Origin: Octopus vulgaris
Lineage: Eukaryota
Reading direction: 5' to 3'
DNA: 64,000 nucleotides
NCBI GenBank assembly: GCA_951406725.2
Contig: OX597825.1
Location: 49,414,001-49,478,000, forward strand
The notes under the pieces are model-generated. The model did no database searches. It worked only from the letters and a program-made list of their open reading frames with translations, and was not told the DNA's origin. Within the stretch, counting starts at the first letter, position 1. The number at the start of each line of letters is the position of its first letter. A program made the translations under genes and the position numbers. This document shows, piece by piece, positions 28,731 through 40,573 of the stretch.

Positions 28731-29281
28731 ACTTTGATGCAGTGCCAGGCATTGGTCCTCTTGTTCTGTAATCTTAACTGATTGGAAGTGCTATCATGTT
28801 CATGTTTTGTTTGGTATGGAATGTGGGCTACGGCAAATATTCTGTCCAGTACCACAGGATTGCTTGTCAGTTGCTTTCTGTTAACCAGTTGATCATGTTC
28901 CTTGATGGCTGACGATATGTATGTCTCTGATCATGAGTAGAAGTAGCGAGGGAGCATCATAGCTATGTGTTGAGAGGAATTATTTTGTGTCTGATTAATT
29001 TATCTTTTGAAGCATGAGTGTTTCGTTCGACATCCTTAAACAACTTCTATAAAAGGAGCTTTTGAGTGGATGGGTTACTCGACATGAAGTGGACTCTAAC
29101 TGGGTCTCACGTGCAATATTAAACGCTTTTAATCTTGATATGAGCTCAACATGTGGTGCACATTTTGTTGAGATTCAAGTGCCTTGTGTAATCTTATCAG
29201 ACAGGTAGTCATCATATATATACTTGGTTTCGTGCACTTTACTCTAGTGTCACTTTGAAGGCATGCACTGCTCTTTCATTC
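28731..29281 (+). mobile_element. ~550-bp TAA-associated non-coding element, copy A (oldest)
   Basis: Colinear with 29773-30308 and with the reverse complement of 31788-32320. Confidence 0.8.
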
Positions 29282-29351
<70 letters not shown>

Positions 29352-29374
29352 GTAATAATAATAATAATAATAAA

Positions 29375-29760
29375 AAAATGCTTTCTAATTGATGTATCAA
29401 TACCGGCAGATGACAACGTGTCTCTAAAAGAAATGGAGAAACTCTCAAAATACAAAGACCTGGAAATAGAGGTAACTAGAATGTGGAATCTGAAAACAGA
29501 AACAATTCCTATCATAGTAGGTGCATTAGGAATGATAAAAAAAATATTCAGACAAATACATAACAAAAACACCAGGACTTACAAACACATATAACATACA
29601 GAAAATTGAACTACTAGGCACTGCACACATCCTACGCAGAACACTTTCCATACAATAACCATCAGAGCATCACAACAAATCACAGCACATAACCAAGGCA
29701 CACAGAGCTGCGCTCGGTAGTGAAGTGAAAGCACGCAATAAAAATAAAACTACTGAAGAA
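29375..29760 (+). mobile_element. R4/Dong LINE 3' fragment inside (TAA)n
   Basis: KCFLIDVSIPADDNVSLKEMEKLSKYKDLEIEVTRMWNLKTETIPIIVGALG...LLGTAHILRRTLS; same family as 61945-64000. Confidence 0.9.
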
Positions 29761-29772
29761 TAATAATAATAA

Positions 29773-30308
29773 GCAGTGGCTCTCATGGCTTCTGATCTTA
29801 ACTGATTGGATGTGTTATCATGTACATTGTTTTGTCTTGATATAAAAGATGGGCTACAGCAAACATTCTGCTCAATACCACAGATTTGCTTGTCAGTTGT
29901 TTGACCCTAAACAGTTGAGCATGTCCCTTGGTGGCTGACGATATGTGCATCTATGATCACGAGCAGAAGTAGTGCGGGAGCATCATAGCCATGTGTTGAG
30001 AGGGATTCTTTGGGGTTTGAATAATTCACCTCTGGAAACATGGGTGTTTCGTTCAACATCCTTAAACAACCCTTATTCAGGGCCCTTTCGAGTGGGATGG
30101 GTTACTCAACCTGAAGAAAATTCTAACTCGGCCCCACCTGTTAGGTCATGTGCTGTTTATCTTCATATGAGATCACCATGTCGCGCACATATGGTTGTGA
30201 TGCATGTGCCTAGTGTACACTTATCAGACGGGTAGTCATGATGGGTATACTGGGCTTCGTATATTTTACCCCAGTGTCACTTTGATGGCATGCACTGCTC
30301 TCTCACTC
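29773..30308 (+). mobile_element. ~550-bp TAA-associated element, copy B (about 20 bp shorter at its 5' end)
   Basis: Flanked by (TAA)n on both sides; ends GCATGCACTGCTCTCTCACTC-AATAAT. Confidence 0.85.
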
Positions 30309-30329
30309 AATAATAATAATAACATTTAC

Positions 30330-30396
<67 letters not shown>

Positions 30397-30399
30397 GCA

Positions 30400-31520
30400 A
30401 TAACAGTGTGGAATAGGAGAAGGTCTAGATGATGAAATTCGTACGATAGAAAAAAGAAATACCAAAACTGAAACTATAAATGTGCAGAATAAGAAGATAT
30501 TGTAGTTGATACAAATGTAGGAATTTTGGAAACTGGAGATATACAGAATAAAATAACGAAAATTTAAATCCAGAAAGAATATTTTTTTTAAAAAGCACTA
30601 AAATACATATTCAGTGGCATAATACAACCACTGTTACAAACTGAAAAGCAATACACATCGTTAAGTAATTTAAGATCCCCTTCGGTCATCAATGACCATC
30701 AGATTGCTACTAGAAAGTTACCCTTCGAGGCACAAGTCCAAGCATGGTTGTTTATGGATGACAAGTAGTCACCCATAAAACCAGTCTCCCCCTCTCCACG
30801 CCACCACTATAATCGAAGGGAAAGGCAAAGGTCGATACAGCTTGGCACCAGTGACATCACAACTCATTTCTACAGCTGAGTGGACTGAAGCAACGTTAAA
30901 TAAGTGTCTTGCTCAAGAACAATACACACTGCCCTGTCTGAGAATCGAACTCACTGCCCCATAATTGCGAGCCTGACGCTTTAATCCCTAAGCCATGCAC
31001 TTCACATCATTAGGTACAACGTTTGAATAATGAAATGAACAAAGGAAGGCTTTGAGAACGTAGATCGAAAAACAAGGAAATTGCTGACAATCTACAGGGC
31101 CTTACATCCACTGGCAGATGTAAACAGAATGGATTTATATACAAAGGTTGGAGGAAGATTTATAGCTATAGAAATTTGTTTGGAAGTAGAAGTAAAGATA
31201 TTAATGAAATACTGACAACGACAAGTTACTTATGTGTAAGACAGAAGAATATGTTAACTAAAGAAAGAATGAAAAAATAAAGATTTCCGGGCTACAAGGC
31301 AACAATACAAACTGTAGAGTTTACGCGGAAAGTCGTGTTCAAGGAAAAGAATATCATAATCAGAAACCATCTCAGTGATTTAGGCAGGGTCTGGTAATAA
31401 AGAGAATGCGGGCCCGATTCTAACTGCGCGGGATCAGTCAATCAGAACAAGATACGTCAGCAACAACATAGATAAGGAAGCAATCTAGTTTAAATGAAGA
31501 ATGTGTAGTGAAGGAGAAGC
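30400..31520 (+). mobile_element. Highly degenerate R4/Dong LINE fragment interrupted by a SINE
   Basis: DRKTRKLLTIYRALHPLADVNR at ~31063-31130 and further decayed post-RT motifs. Confidence 0.65.
30668..31002 (-). mobile_element. tRNA-derived SINE with a possibly RTE-like tail and target-site duplication
   Basis: Minus-strand B-box GAGTTCGATTCTC, CTTGAGCAAGACACTT and CAGTCCACTCAGCTG blocks; flanked by CACATCGTTAAGTA (30654-30667) and CACATCATTAGGTA (31003-31016). Confidence 0.8.
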
Positions 31521-31524
31521 CGTG

Positions 31525-31687
31525 GGAGCGGGTAAGTCGATTACCATGACGCTAGTACCCAAGATGCCGAACCCGGAAAGACGAAATGCAAAGTCGACTT
31601 TGGCGGAATTTGAACTCAGAACGTAAAGGCACACGAAGTGCCACTAAGCATTTTGTCCAGCACGCTAGCATTTCTGCTAGCTCACCC
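31525..31687 (-). mobile_element. SINE family B
   Basis: GCAAAGTCGACTTTGGCGGAATTTGAACTCAGAACGT matches the 7854-8085 copy. Confidence 0.8.
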
Positions 31688-31709
31688 CAGAAAGTCATCA
31701 TCATCATCA

Positions 31710-31787
<78 letters not shown>

Positions 31788-31788
<1 letters not shown>

Positions 31789-32320
31789 GTGAGAGAGCAG
31801 TGCATGCCATCAAAGTGGCACTGGGGTAAAATATGCGATGCCCAGTATACCCATCATGTCTACCCGTCTGATAAGGGTACACTAGGCGCATGCACCACAA
31901 CCATATATGCGCGACATGGTGATCTCATATCAAGATAAACAGCACATGACCTTACGGGTGGGGCCCAGTTAGAATTTTTTTCCCGCTCAAAAGGTCCCTG
32001 AATATGGGTTGTTTAAGGATGTTGAACGAACCATCCATGTTTCCAAAGGTGAATTATTCAAACATCCCCAAAGAATCCCTCTCAACACATGGTTATGATG
32101 CTCCCGCACCTCGTTATGAGAGGTGTACATATCGTCAGCCACAAAGAGGCATGCTCAACTGTTTATGTTCAAACAACTGACAAGCAAATCTGTTGTATTG
32201 AGCAGAATGTTTGCTGTAGCCCATCTTTTATACCAAGACAAAACAATGTACATGATGACACTTCCAATCAGTTAAGATCAGCAGCCATGGGAGCCACTGC
32301 CTGGTTCTGCATCAGGGCAT
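31788..32320 (-). mobile_element. ~550-bp TAA-associated element, copy C (inverted)
   Basis: Reverse complement of copy B, flanked on both sides by (TTA)n (31714-31786, 32321-32463). Confidence 0.85.
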
Positions 32321-32338
32321 TTATTATTATTATTATTA

Positions 32339-32464
<126 letters not shown>

Positions 32465-32476
32465 TTTATATATCAC

Positions 32477-32700
32477 TGAGCTGACAAAATCGTTAGTACT
32501 CCGGAAAAATTGTTTAGCGTCATTTCGTCTGTCTTTACCTTCTGAGTTCAAATTCCGCCGAGGCTGACTTTACTTTCCATCTCCAGCGAGGTCAATAATA
32601 TAAGTACAAGCTGAGCATTAGGATCACTAAAATCGACTACCCTACCCTCGGCCGCCAAAAAAAAAGGCCAAAACCTGTGTCAATTGCAGAAAAGATGATT
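32477..32700 (+). mobile_element. SINE family B
   Basis: GAGCTGACAAAATCGTTAG head and CTGAGTTCAAATTCCGCCGAGG B-box. Confidence 0.75.
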
Positions 32701-33530
32701 ATCATTCGCTGTTAATTTCTTGAGATCCTCAAGATTTCGTTTTGATAATTGTCAACATTTTTCAAGTTTTCATAATGTAATTAACAACAATAACAACAAC
32801 AATAATAATAACAGCAATGATTATTTTTGTTTGGGATATATCTGAAGCAGAGAATCTTAATTGACTGTTTGATAGGTCTTTCCCTACAGAGGTTAGATAA
32901 AATAGTCGATTACAAAAATGTATTTTCATTTAAATTCTACTGTCTGACGTTGAGGTAAAAATAATGTATTCGTCTCTGATCTGCTCCCCTGAAAGATTAT
33001 AATAAGCACAGCAAAACAAAAAGAAAGAAAAATTCAAACAAGGAATTTTAAAAATAGTAAAATCATGCATATTAATGAGCACAGAAACAATATGACAGAA
33101 ATTAAAGAAATAATATTAAGTAGGAAGAAATACATAATAGCCACACATTTAACAGTAACAACTGTTTGCATGCACATCTTTCCATTGAAAGAAACGGACG
33201 AAGTGGAACACATCTAAGTCCTTTCAGTAAAGAAAATGGAAACGACAAAAGTACCAACAACAAATTTTGGAGATTGTTGTTCCCAGAGTCATGGTAGGAA
33301 CAATTCGTAAGACAACAAATAAGATTGCCCCGTCCCATTTATCTGTTTCAAGCATGCAGCTTAAAACTCCTCCCAATCACAGCCTGTGAAAACAAAGAGA
33401 ATTACCCTCAGGAAAACTAGTACAGTTCTCATCGACCTGTTTAATGCAGAATTCCATATTGACTTAATAGGATAAGGACGAGATGAGACTGATAATGTTA
33501 AACAGACTTCCTCCATTTAATATATATATA

Positions 33531-34133
33531 TAAGCAATACATTCAAATACTGAGATTTGAAATCAGATGTCACTACTGTTCATATCATCTGTGGATAAAT
33601 TTTAAAATTGATGATATCACCAGCAGTGACATAGGTTAAATAGCATTAAATAGCATTAAATAGCTATAAATAGCATTAAATAGCTATAAATCATAAATTT
33701 GCACGAAGCGTAAAGATGCTTAACAAGCATCCACCTGCTAGAAATAAAAGCTAAAATCTTAATTTTATCCACCGTGCCGCACCAAGGTAACAGAGAAAAG
33801 CAGAATGCGAGGAAAACAGAAAGGATTAAATCATTTAACAGCAGAAATATAAATATTATGCAATTAGGGATATCCACAAACCAGGTTTCGGCTTTTGGGT
33901 ATTTAAACCCTGAGCCCCGTCAGTGTGGTCTACCGGGTAATAATCCACAACTGTCACGTTAAACTCTGACTGTGCAACTAGTTTTGTTTTGCGCCAAAAA
34001 CAGAGTACATGGTTCATAAAGTTTTATAAGCAAAACATTCAAACACTGAAATTTGAAATCAGATATCACTACTGTTCATATCATATCTGTGGATACATTT
34101 TAAAATTGATGATATCACCAGCAGTGACATAGG
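33531..34133 (-). mobile_element. Retrozyme-like / Penelope-pLTR-like unit with ~105-bp terminal direct repeats (period ~497 bp)
   Basis: 33531-33634 closely matches 34028-34133 (TAAGCAA.ACATTCAAA...GATATCACCAGCAGTGACATAGG); TA-rich flanks; internal hammerhead; no ORF. Confidence 0.7.
33874..33928 (-). ncRNA. Type I hammerhead ribozyme (one core deviation, A9 to G)
   Basis: Minus strand: CCACA-CTGACGG-GGCT ca GGGT ttaaat ACCC aaa AGCC-GAAA-CC t GG-TT-TGTGG. All three stems pair. Confidence 0.8.
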
Positions 34134-35044
34134 GGTATTGCATATACTATATATATTTTCCACGAAAAAAGCGCAAGAAAAAAATGAAGGAACCTATGCG
34201 CTACGAAGGGGAACCAGCTCTAGAACTGCATGACTTAAAAGTTACAGCCATTAAAAAAATGTATCTCCAATAAAACACTTATACTCAAGGAATACTTAAA
34301 AGAAGTGCGGATCGAGAAGGAAATAGGATCACATTTTCAATAGCATAGTAACGATAAAACACTAGTTCATATTTCAGATAGATTTACGAAGCATTAACTG
34401 TCAACGATGTGGAAGACATGGCTCCTCATTTGCCAAATAGAACACAAGAACTTATCGCGAAATATGCTTCAGATATTCCAGCTTTGAAAAATATAGCAGG
34501 CTAACACACCGGAGGCTTGAATAGGAATGTGGTTACCCTGATCAATGCAAGAGGATATTTCGTTTTGTATATAAACATATTGTCTTAGGTATGGTGAGCT
34601 TTAATCCTACGTTTTAAAATTTATTATTGCGTAAATTACTATTATATAAATGTGTGTTTCACCGAAGAAGAAAATTGAGCTCCCAGGGATTGACATTGTC
34701 AAAAAAGATTTTCATGAAGTAGAGGGCCAACGAAATGAGTATTATGTATATATTGAAGTAGAACTATAACTATGTTACTCCTTTCAAATACAAAATAAAA
34801 ACGTATAAGTACTAGAAATTGTATAATTATGGGCGGTATATTTGAAATGATATCGTTATGAGCCTTGCATTTATATAGCCATCACTAAATGCGCTATATT
34901 TAGGTCTTACTCCCTATGTTATGCATATAAACCCCTCCTGTTGTGACTTCGCAGTTCATCTATGTATGCTATGTAAAATAATTACCAATTAGATTTCAGG
35001 GCTTTTCAGCTAATTCTAGTCCACTGTCGTTGGATTATTTACAT

Positions 35045-35355
35045 AGGTATGCACGAGCGGTTAAAAATTTCACTTTGCAGTCACGAGGAACGTGATTCGA
35101 ATCTAGAATCTTGTATTGTGAAAAATAAAATCAACAAATGCCTTGTGAGTCAAACTCTGTTGGCGAAAAGTACGTGCAAGCCCTTCATATGGATGTATAT
35201 GCAATTCAGAAATACGGTCGTCTTACATATTTTGTCGCACTAGCCTGAATGTCACATAAAGAGTTCACATCTATGGTGTATGCAACCACATATATGTTTA
35301 TTTAAAGAGTTTAGGTGATCGAAGGACCGAATACTCACTGTCGAAAGCGACAGAG
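35045..35355 (+). mobile_element. Very degenerate tRNA-derived SINE
   Basis: GAGCGGTTAA...GTGATTCGAATC head and ATGCCTTGTGAGT block shared with family A. Confidence 0.45.
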
Positions 35356-37054
35356 ATTTCATGGAATAAGTGAGTAAACAAATATAATCAAACCTTATTG
35401 AATATCTGAACAAGCACTACAAATGATATTTGGGACAGAAGAGCACCAAATTAACTACTTATGCCATCATAATAAGTACCAATTTCTACTTTAACCAATG
35501 TAGTTGATTCTTCCTCAATAATGAAGCAGCAATTTTCTACACTCAGCTAATGCCCTAAACTCACTTCGTTATTAATTACCCAATTTAATATAGTTCTTCA
35601 AAAGATTTCTGAGTTAGACTGAGGGCCACGAGTTTCCTAGAAAACACTACGGGATTAATCTACCTTACTATCGATTGCTACTTGATTATCGACCAAAGAT
35701 CAGATGCCAATCAAAATGTTAAGAAAACATTGATAAATAAGCCCTTCGTCCATGCAACTACACTGCATAAATATTTCATAGAAGAACTTATATTGATACT
35801 CAACTAAAATCTCTGTATGGGTTAGGTGGTATCAAAACTGAGTAGACCCATCAAATGTCTCGTAGAGTTTGTTTCAGTAATTCCTGTAAGAGTAACAGGA
35901 AGAAATATAATATAATCGATCCAAAAGGATGCAAGGTATCTTGTCTAGCGATCTAATATTTCTATATCTGTATTTTCTTTGTTATATAGCACAAAAGGTT
36001 ATCGTCAGACAAACCAAAAATAGGAGGTTCTGTTATTCAAAAGTTTCACAATTTTTGTGAATGAAACATAACTAGTTCATAATCTGGCGTTGCTCAAAAA
36101 CTTTTGAAGACTTTAAATTAAAACATGCACTCGCACAGATACATAATACATACATACATTATACACATTAGCAAATGGATCATATAAGTTAAATAATTAA
36201 TTCTGTGATATCAGTGGGCAGTGCCTTGCTGTATTTTCGTAACTTCAAACTGATATTAGACAGATATCCTTCAGGTAAAAAAGCTGGGACACACCGGTTA
36301 TTATTCATAAATGAGGCAAATACAATTGCATGTTCATGCAGAAGTAATCACCTTATGAGGGGTAATTGTAAACCCAGAACCGCTGAAGGATCAGTCCACC
36401 AGACCATAAAGCCTCAAGTAACACATTTCTGTGCCAATAATCTTGCATATCATAACATCTGTAAAATTTAAAACTTGTATAAAATCGTTGTAATGTCTTT
36501 AAACTCTCACCAACATCGACATAACTAATAACAAGTGACTGAACAATTCTATGGAAGGAACAATATCATGTTTCATTTATATATTGTAAGAACTGACTTC
36601 ACATCTGCAAGGCGGAGATTAAGGCATCTCACAATATCTATATTGGTAATGATCGGATGTATGTTCAATTCCAGACATTTCAGAAAATATATAATTTGGC
36701 GATAATTTTGAATGCCAAAAGAGAATCTACTACAGACGCGCGCGCACACACACACACAAACACATATATTTATCTCTCTCTTTCTCTCTGTTTATCTATC
36801 ACTAGATATAGATTCACGTGTACATACGCACGCGAACGCTTGCATACAACCCCCCCGCACACATACACACATTTGTATATATATATTAAAGTGCTTATAT
36901 CGCTTTCAATTTTATAATGAGTTTCCAACCGTAAGGTGATTAACAACAAAATGTGATCTCTGCAGTGAAATAAATATTTACCAATGTATACTACATTATT
37001 TTGGGTCGTGTTTGACATACACATTTAATTATGAACATGCATATGTGTGTATAA

Positions 37055-37085
<31 letters not shown>

Positions 37086-37110
37086 GATAGATAGATAGAT
37101 AGATAGATAT

Positions 37111-37144
<34 letters not shown>

Positions 37145-37354
37145 CATGTTATATAAATTTATATATAGTATAAAGTATAAATTTATAAATGTAGGGTATT
37201 ACCTACAAATATAAGCAAAAATAGCAATGTCTGGAAGACGTACTGTCTAACAGCGCACCTTTGATGCAAGTCTGAAGAGCCACTCTAACGTCTAAAACCG
37301 CAAACATTACGTAAATTTTCACTTCGAACTTTTGCGTAAACTGCTGTTATAAAC

Positions 37355-37562
37355 GGAATTAGTACAGATGTTTTAAAAGATTATTTGCATAATATTTATC
37401 TCGCCTATATTCGTGTTGTGCGTTCAAACTCCGGCAAGGTCGACTTTGCTTTCATCATTTCGGGGTCGAAAAAATAAGTACCTGTTGAACACTGGGGTCG
37501 ATGTAATCGACTTACCCCTTACCCCGACCTCGCTGACCTTGTGACTAAAATTTGCAACTGTT
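37355..37562 (+). mobile_element. SINE family B
   Basis: CGTTCAAACTCCGGCAAGGTCGACTTTGCTTTCATCATTTCGGGGTCGAAAAAATAAGTACC core. Confidence 0.8.
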
Positions 37563-37633
37563 ATTTTGATACCATATGTATATATATATATACATATTCA
37601 TTTATTTATATACATATGTATATATATATATAA

Positions 37634-37697
37634 ATATTAATAGTTATCGCCATACTAATATGGCAGTCCATATTAGTATGGCGAAAACTATTAATAT
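37634..37697. repeat. Near-perfect 64-nt hairpin (30-bp arms, 4-nt loop)
   Basis: ATATTAATAGTTATCGCCATACTAATATGG-cagt-CCATATTAGTATGGCGAAAACTATTAATAT; one mismatch. Confidence 0.95.
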
Positions 37698-37748
37698 CCA
37701 GTAATGCTGTCGTAATCTCCTTTAGAGAGACTTAGTAATTTTAATATT

Positions 37749-37807
<59 letters not shown>

Positions 37808-37948
37808 GCACATATGTATATATGAATATATATAAATAAGTACTTGTGTATACACACACACACACACATGTATATATATGTATGCATATATGTATTATAT
37901 GCCTGTAGGTGTAAGTAAGATCTTCAGATATATAAGCCCTTAAGTTAA

Positions 37949-38334
37949 TTGGAAGCACTCCGTCGGTTACGACGACGAGGGTTCCGGTTGATCCGAATCA
38001 ACGGAACAGCCTCTCGTGAAATTAACGTGTAAATGGCTGAGCACTCTACAGACACGTGTACACTTAACGTAGTTCTCGGGGATATTCAGCGTGACACAGA
38101 GAGTGACAAAGCCGGCCCTTTGAAATACAGGTACAACAGAAACAGGAAGTAAGAGTGAGTGAAAGTTGTGGTGAAAGAGTACAGCAGGGATCACCACCAT
38201 CCCCTGCCGGAGCCTCGTGGAGCTTTAGGTGTTTTCGCTCAATAAAAACTCACAACGCTCGGTCTGGGAATCGAAACCGCGATCCTATGACCGCGAGTCC
38301 GCTGCCCTAACCACTGGGTCATTGCGCCTTCACT
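37949..38334 (-). mobile_element. SINE family C (OR-like tRNA SINE), young full-length copy with 11-bp target-site duplication
   Basis: Head GAAGGCGCAATGACCCAGTGGTTAGGGCAGCGGACTCGCGG...GGTTTCGATTCCC; CCTTAAGTTAA at 37938-37948 and 38335-38345. Confidence 0.9.
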
Positions 38335-38794
38335 CCTTAAGTTAAATAAGGTGTTAAAAAAGTGTATGTTGAAAGTGAAGGAATTTTCTTCGAAACCTCG
38401 GTAAATGAGATTCGATCGAAGTGCGTAGCATCTTGGTTAGATGTAAGTTACCCATGCCCTCAAGGTGACATAACTTATGAGTGAAAATGGGTAGACAGAA
38501 ACTCTGTCGGATGGATCCTGTCGGTAAATAAGAAATATAAACTTGTTACAATCTAACACAAATTTCCTATGAGAATTACTTCATGGGTATTCAAGTTTGT
38601 GTGTGCGCGCGCGCACTTGTGTGTGTGTGTGTGTATGTTTCAGTGAGTGCTTGAGGAGAGGCAGTGCTTGGTCACTTACATATCAATGTAATGGATATGC
38701 GTTTAAGTTGACAGACAGTAATCTACTCGTGTACATACATACATGCATACACACAGAAATGCAAACACGCACACTTTTATGAATAGCCAGATAG

Positions 38795-38843
<49 letters not shown>

Positions 38844-39600
38844 GAATATATGAATATATAGCAACGAAAAGATTAATAGTTCGTCTGAAGTTCAACTGTC
38901 AGCAATTTTTTCAATGAATCGCACCCGGCCAGCTGGGGAAATTCCAGAGATTATCAACACATCCTTCGAAGCGAAAATATTATTCTATATGTATATATAT
39001 TGAAAGCTCTCTCAAAGCTATTCTGTTCCCTCTCACCCATGTGAGTATTGCTGAAGATAAATACCTGTCTATACATCTTTCTATTATCTCCATGGATTAC
39101 GTGTAAGACAGTGTATGTGTATGTGTGTGTGTGTGCACGTGTGTATGAAATACGTGTGTGAGTGAGTGTATGAGTGTTTGCGTGTGTCTATGTGTATCTC
39201 TATGTATCTGTGTGTGATAAAATTTATTTATAGAACTTTTACTGAGCGTTGTATCAAGAGAACTCAGTTGAGGGCTAATTAAAATTGGTATGTTCATGTT
39301 AAAGAATACTTGCCAATTAAACTGATATACAACAGCAATTTCTGCAGGAAAGTTAAGAAGTTTGCTGGAGATGTACCCAATGAGTACGCGAAAGGAACAC
39401 GCTTACACATTCGCACACGTACACAATCGTACATGTACACAATCCAAGTTCACACACACGCACACACACCTACGCATGTATACACAGAAATTATGCGACA
39501 GAATAAACTAATAACAGCAAAACGCAAACCTATTATAACAAAAATAATGTGTGCATACTTAAAAACTTACGATTATATTTCTCTGTGTGTGTGAGTGTAT

Positions 39601-39808
39601 GTGTGTGTGTGTGTCTGATATTGTCTCAACCCCGCCATCGCTTGACAAACGATTGTGGTACGTTTGTATCCCCGTAACTTAGCGGCTCGACATAGCACTC
39701 GATAAAATAAGTACCACGCTTTCAAAGTAAGTCTTAGTGTCAATGTCTTCGACTGAAACATTTCAAGGTGGTACTGCAGCATGGCCGCAGTCAAATGAAA
39801 CGAGTAAA
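39601..39808 (+). mobile_element. SINE family A, 3' half
   Basis: CATCGCTTGACAA..CGTAACTTAGCGG..GCAGCATGGCCGCAGTCAAATGA. Confidence 0.75.
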
Positions 39809-39849
39809 AATATGAAAGAATACATAAATACATGCATATTATTTTCTTC

Positions 39850-40031
39850 TTTTACTTTTACTTGTTTCAATTATTTGACTGCTGACATGCTGGAGCACAC
39901 ATCAACCCCAAGACTTATTCAGTTCTATATTTTCTCAGCCAATTGCACGGGCGTATGGCGTAGTGGCTAAGAGCGCGGGCTACTAACACCAAGTTTCCAA
40001 GTTCGATTCCAGGCAGTGATCTGAGTAGTAA

Positions 40032-40070
<39 letters not shown>

Positions 40071-40336
40071 CAACATCGAAAAATACCTTAGGAATGAGAA
40101 CCCAGGTTCGAAATTTGTAAGCCTAGTAGTTATTCTATCACTCTCTGCTTCCCAACCGCCAAGTTACGTGGACGTAAACACACCAGCATCAGTTGTCAAG
40201 CGATGGTGGGGACAAACACAGACACGCCCGAGTCTACAGTAGTAAAGACTTCACAAGGTGCCACGCTTTGGGTCTGAATCCGGAACCATCTGATTGATAA
40301 GCAAGTTATTTACCACTACACGTCCATGCCTGCGCC
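39850..40336 (-). mobile_element. SINE family A copy split by a nested insertion
   Basis: The family A sequence GACTTATTC|TTGTAAGCCTAG is broken between ~39920 and ~40114. Confidence 0.75.
39949..40113 (+). mobile_element. Nested tRNA-like SINE (family D) with two B-box-like motifs
   Basis: GCGTATGGCGTAGTGGCTAAG...AAGTTCGATTCC head, an (AAT)n linker, then CAGGTTCGAAAT. Confidence 0.75.
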
Positions 40337-40430
40337 TATATATATATATATATACATACATATATATAGCATGGCCGCAATCTAATGAGAGCAACAAGTA
40401 AATAATTAAGATAAAAATATATGTACATAT

Positions 40431-40542
40431 ACTCTTTTACTCGTTTCAGCCATGAATATATATGTATAATGTAGATAATATATATATATATATGCATGTT
40501 TGTATGTATGTCTGTATGTATGCCTGTATGTATGTTTGTATG

Positions 40543-40573
<31 letters not shown>

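Noticed and set aside
39949-40020. A tRNA gene
   Set aside because: A and B boxes are present, but there is no clean acceptor stem or oligo-T terminator, and it is nested in a SINE. Treated as a SINE head; the same applies to 49029 and 38260-38334.
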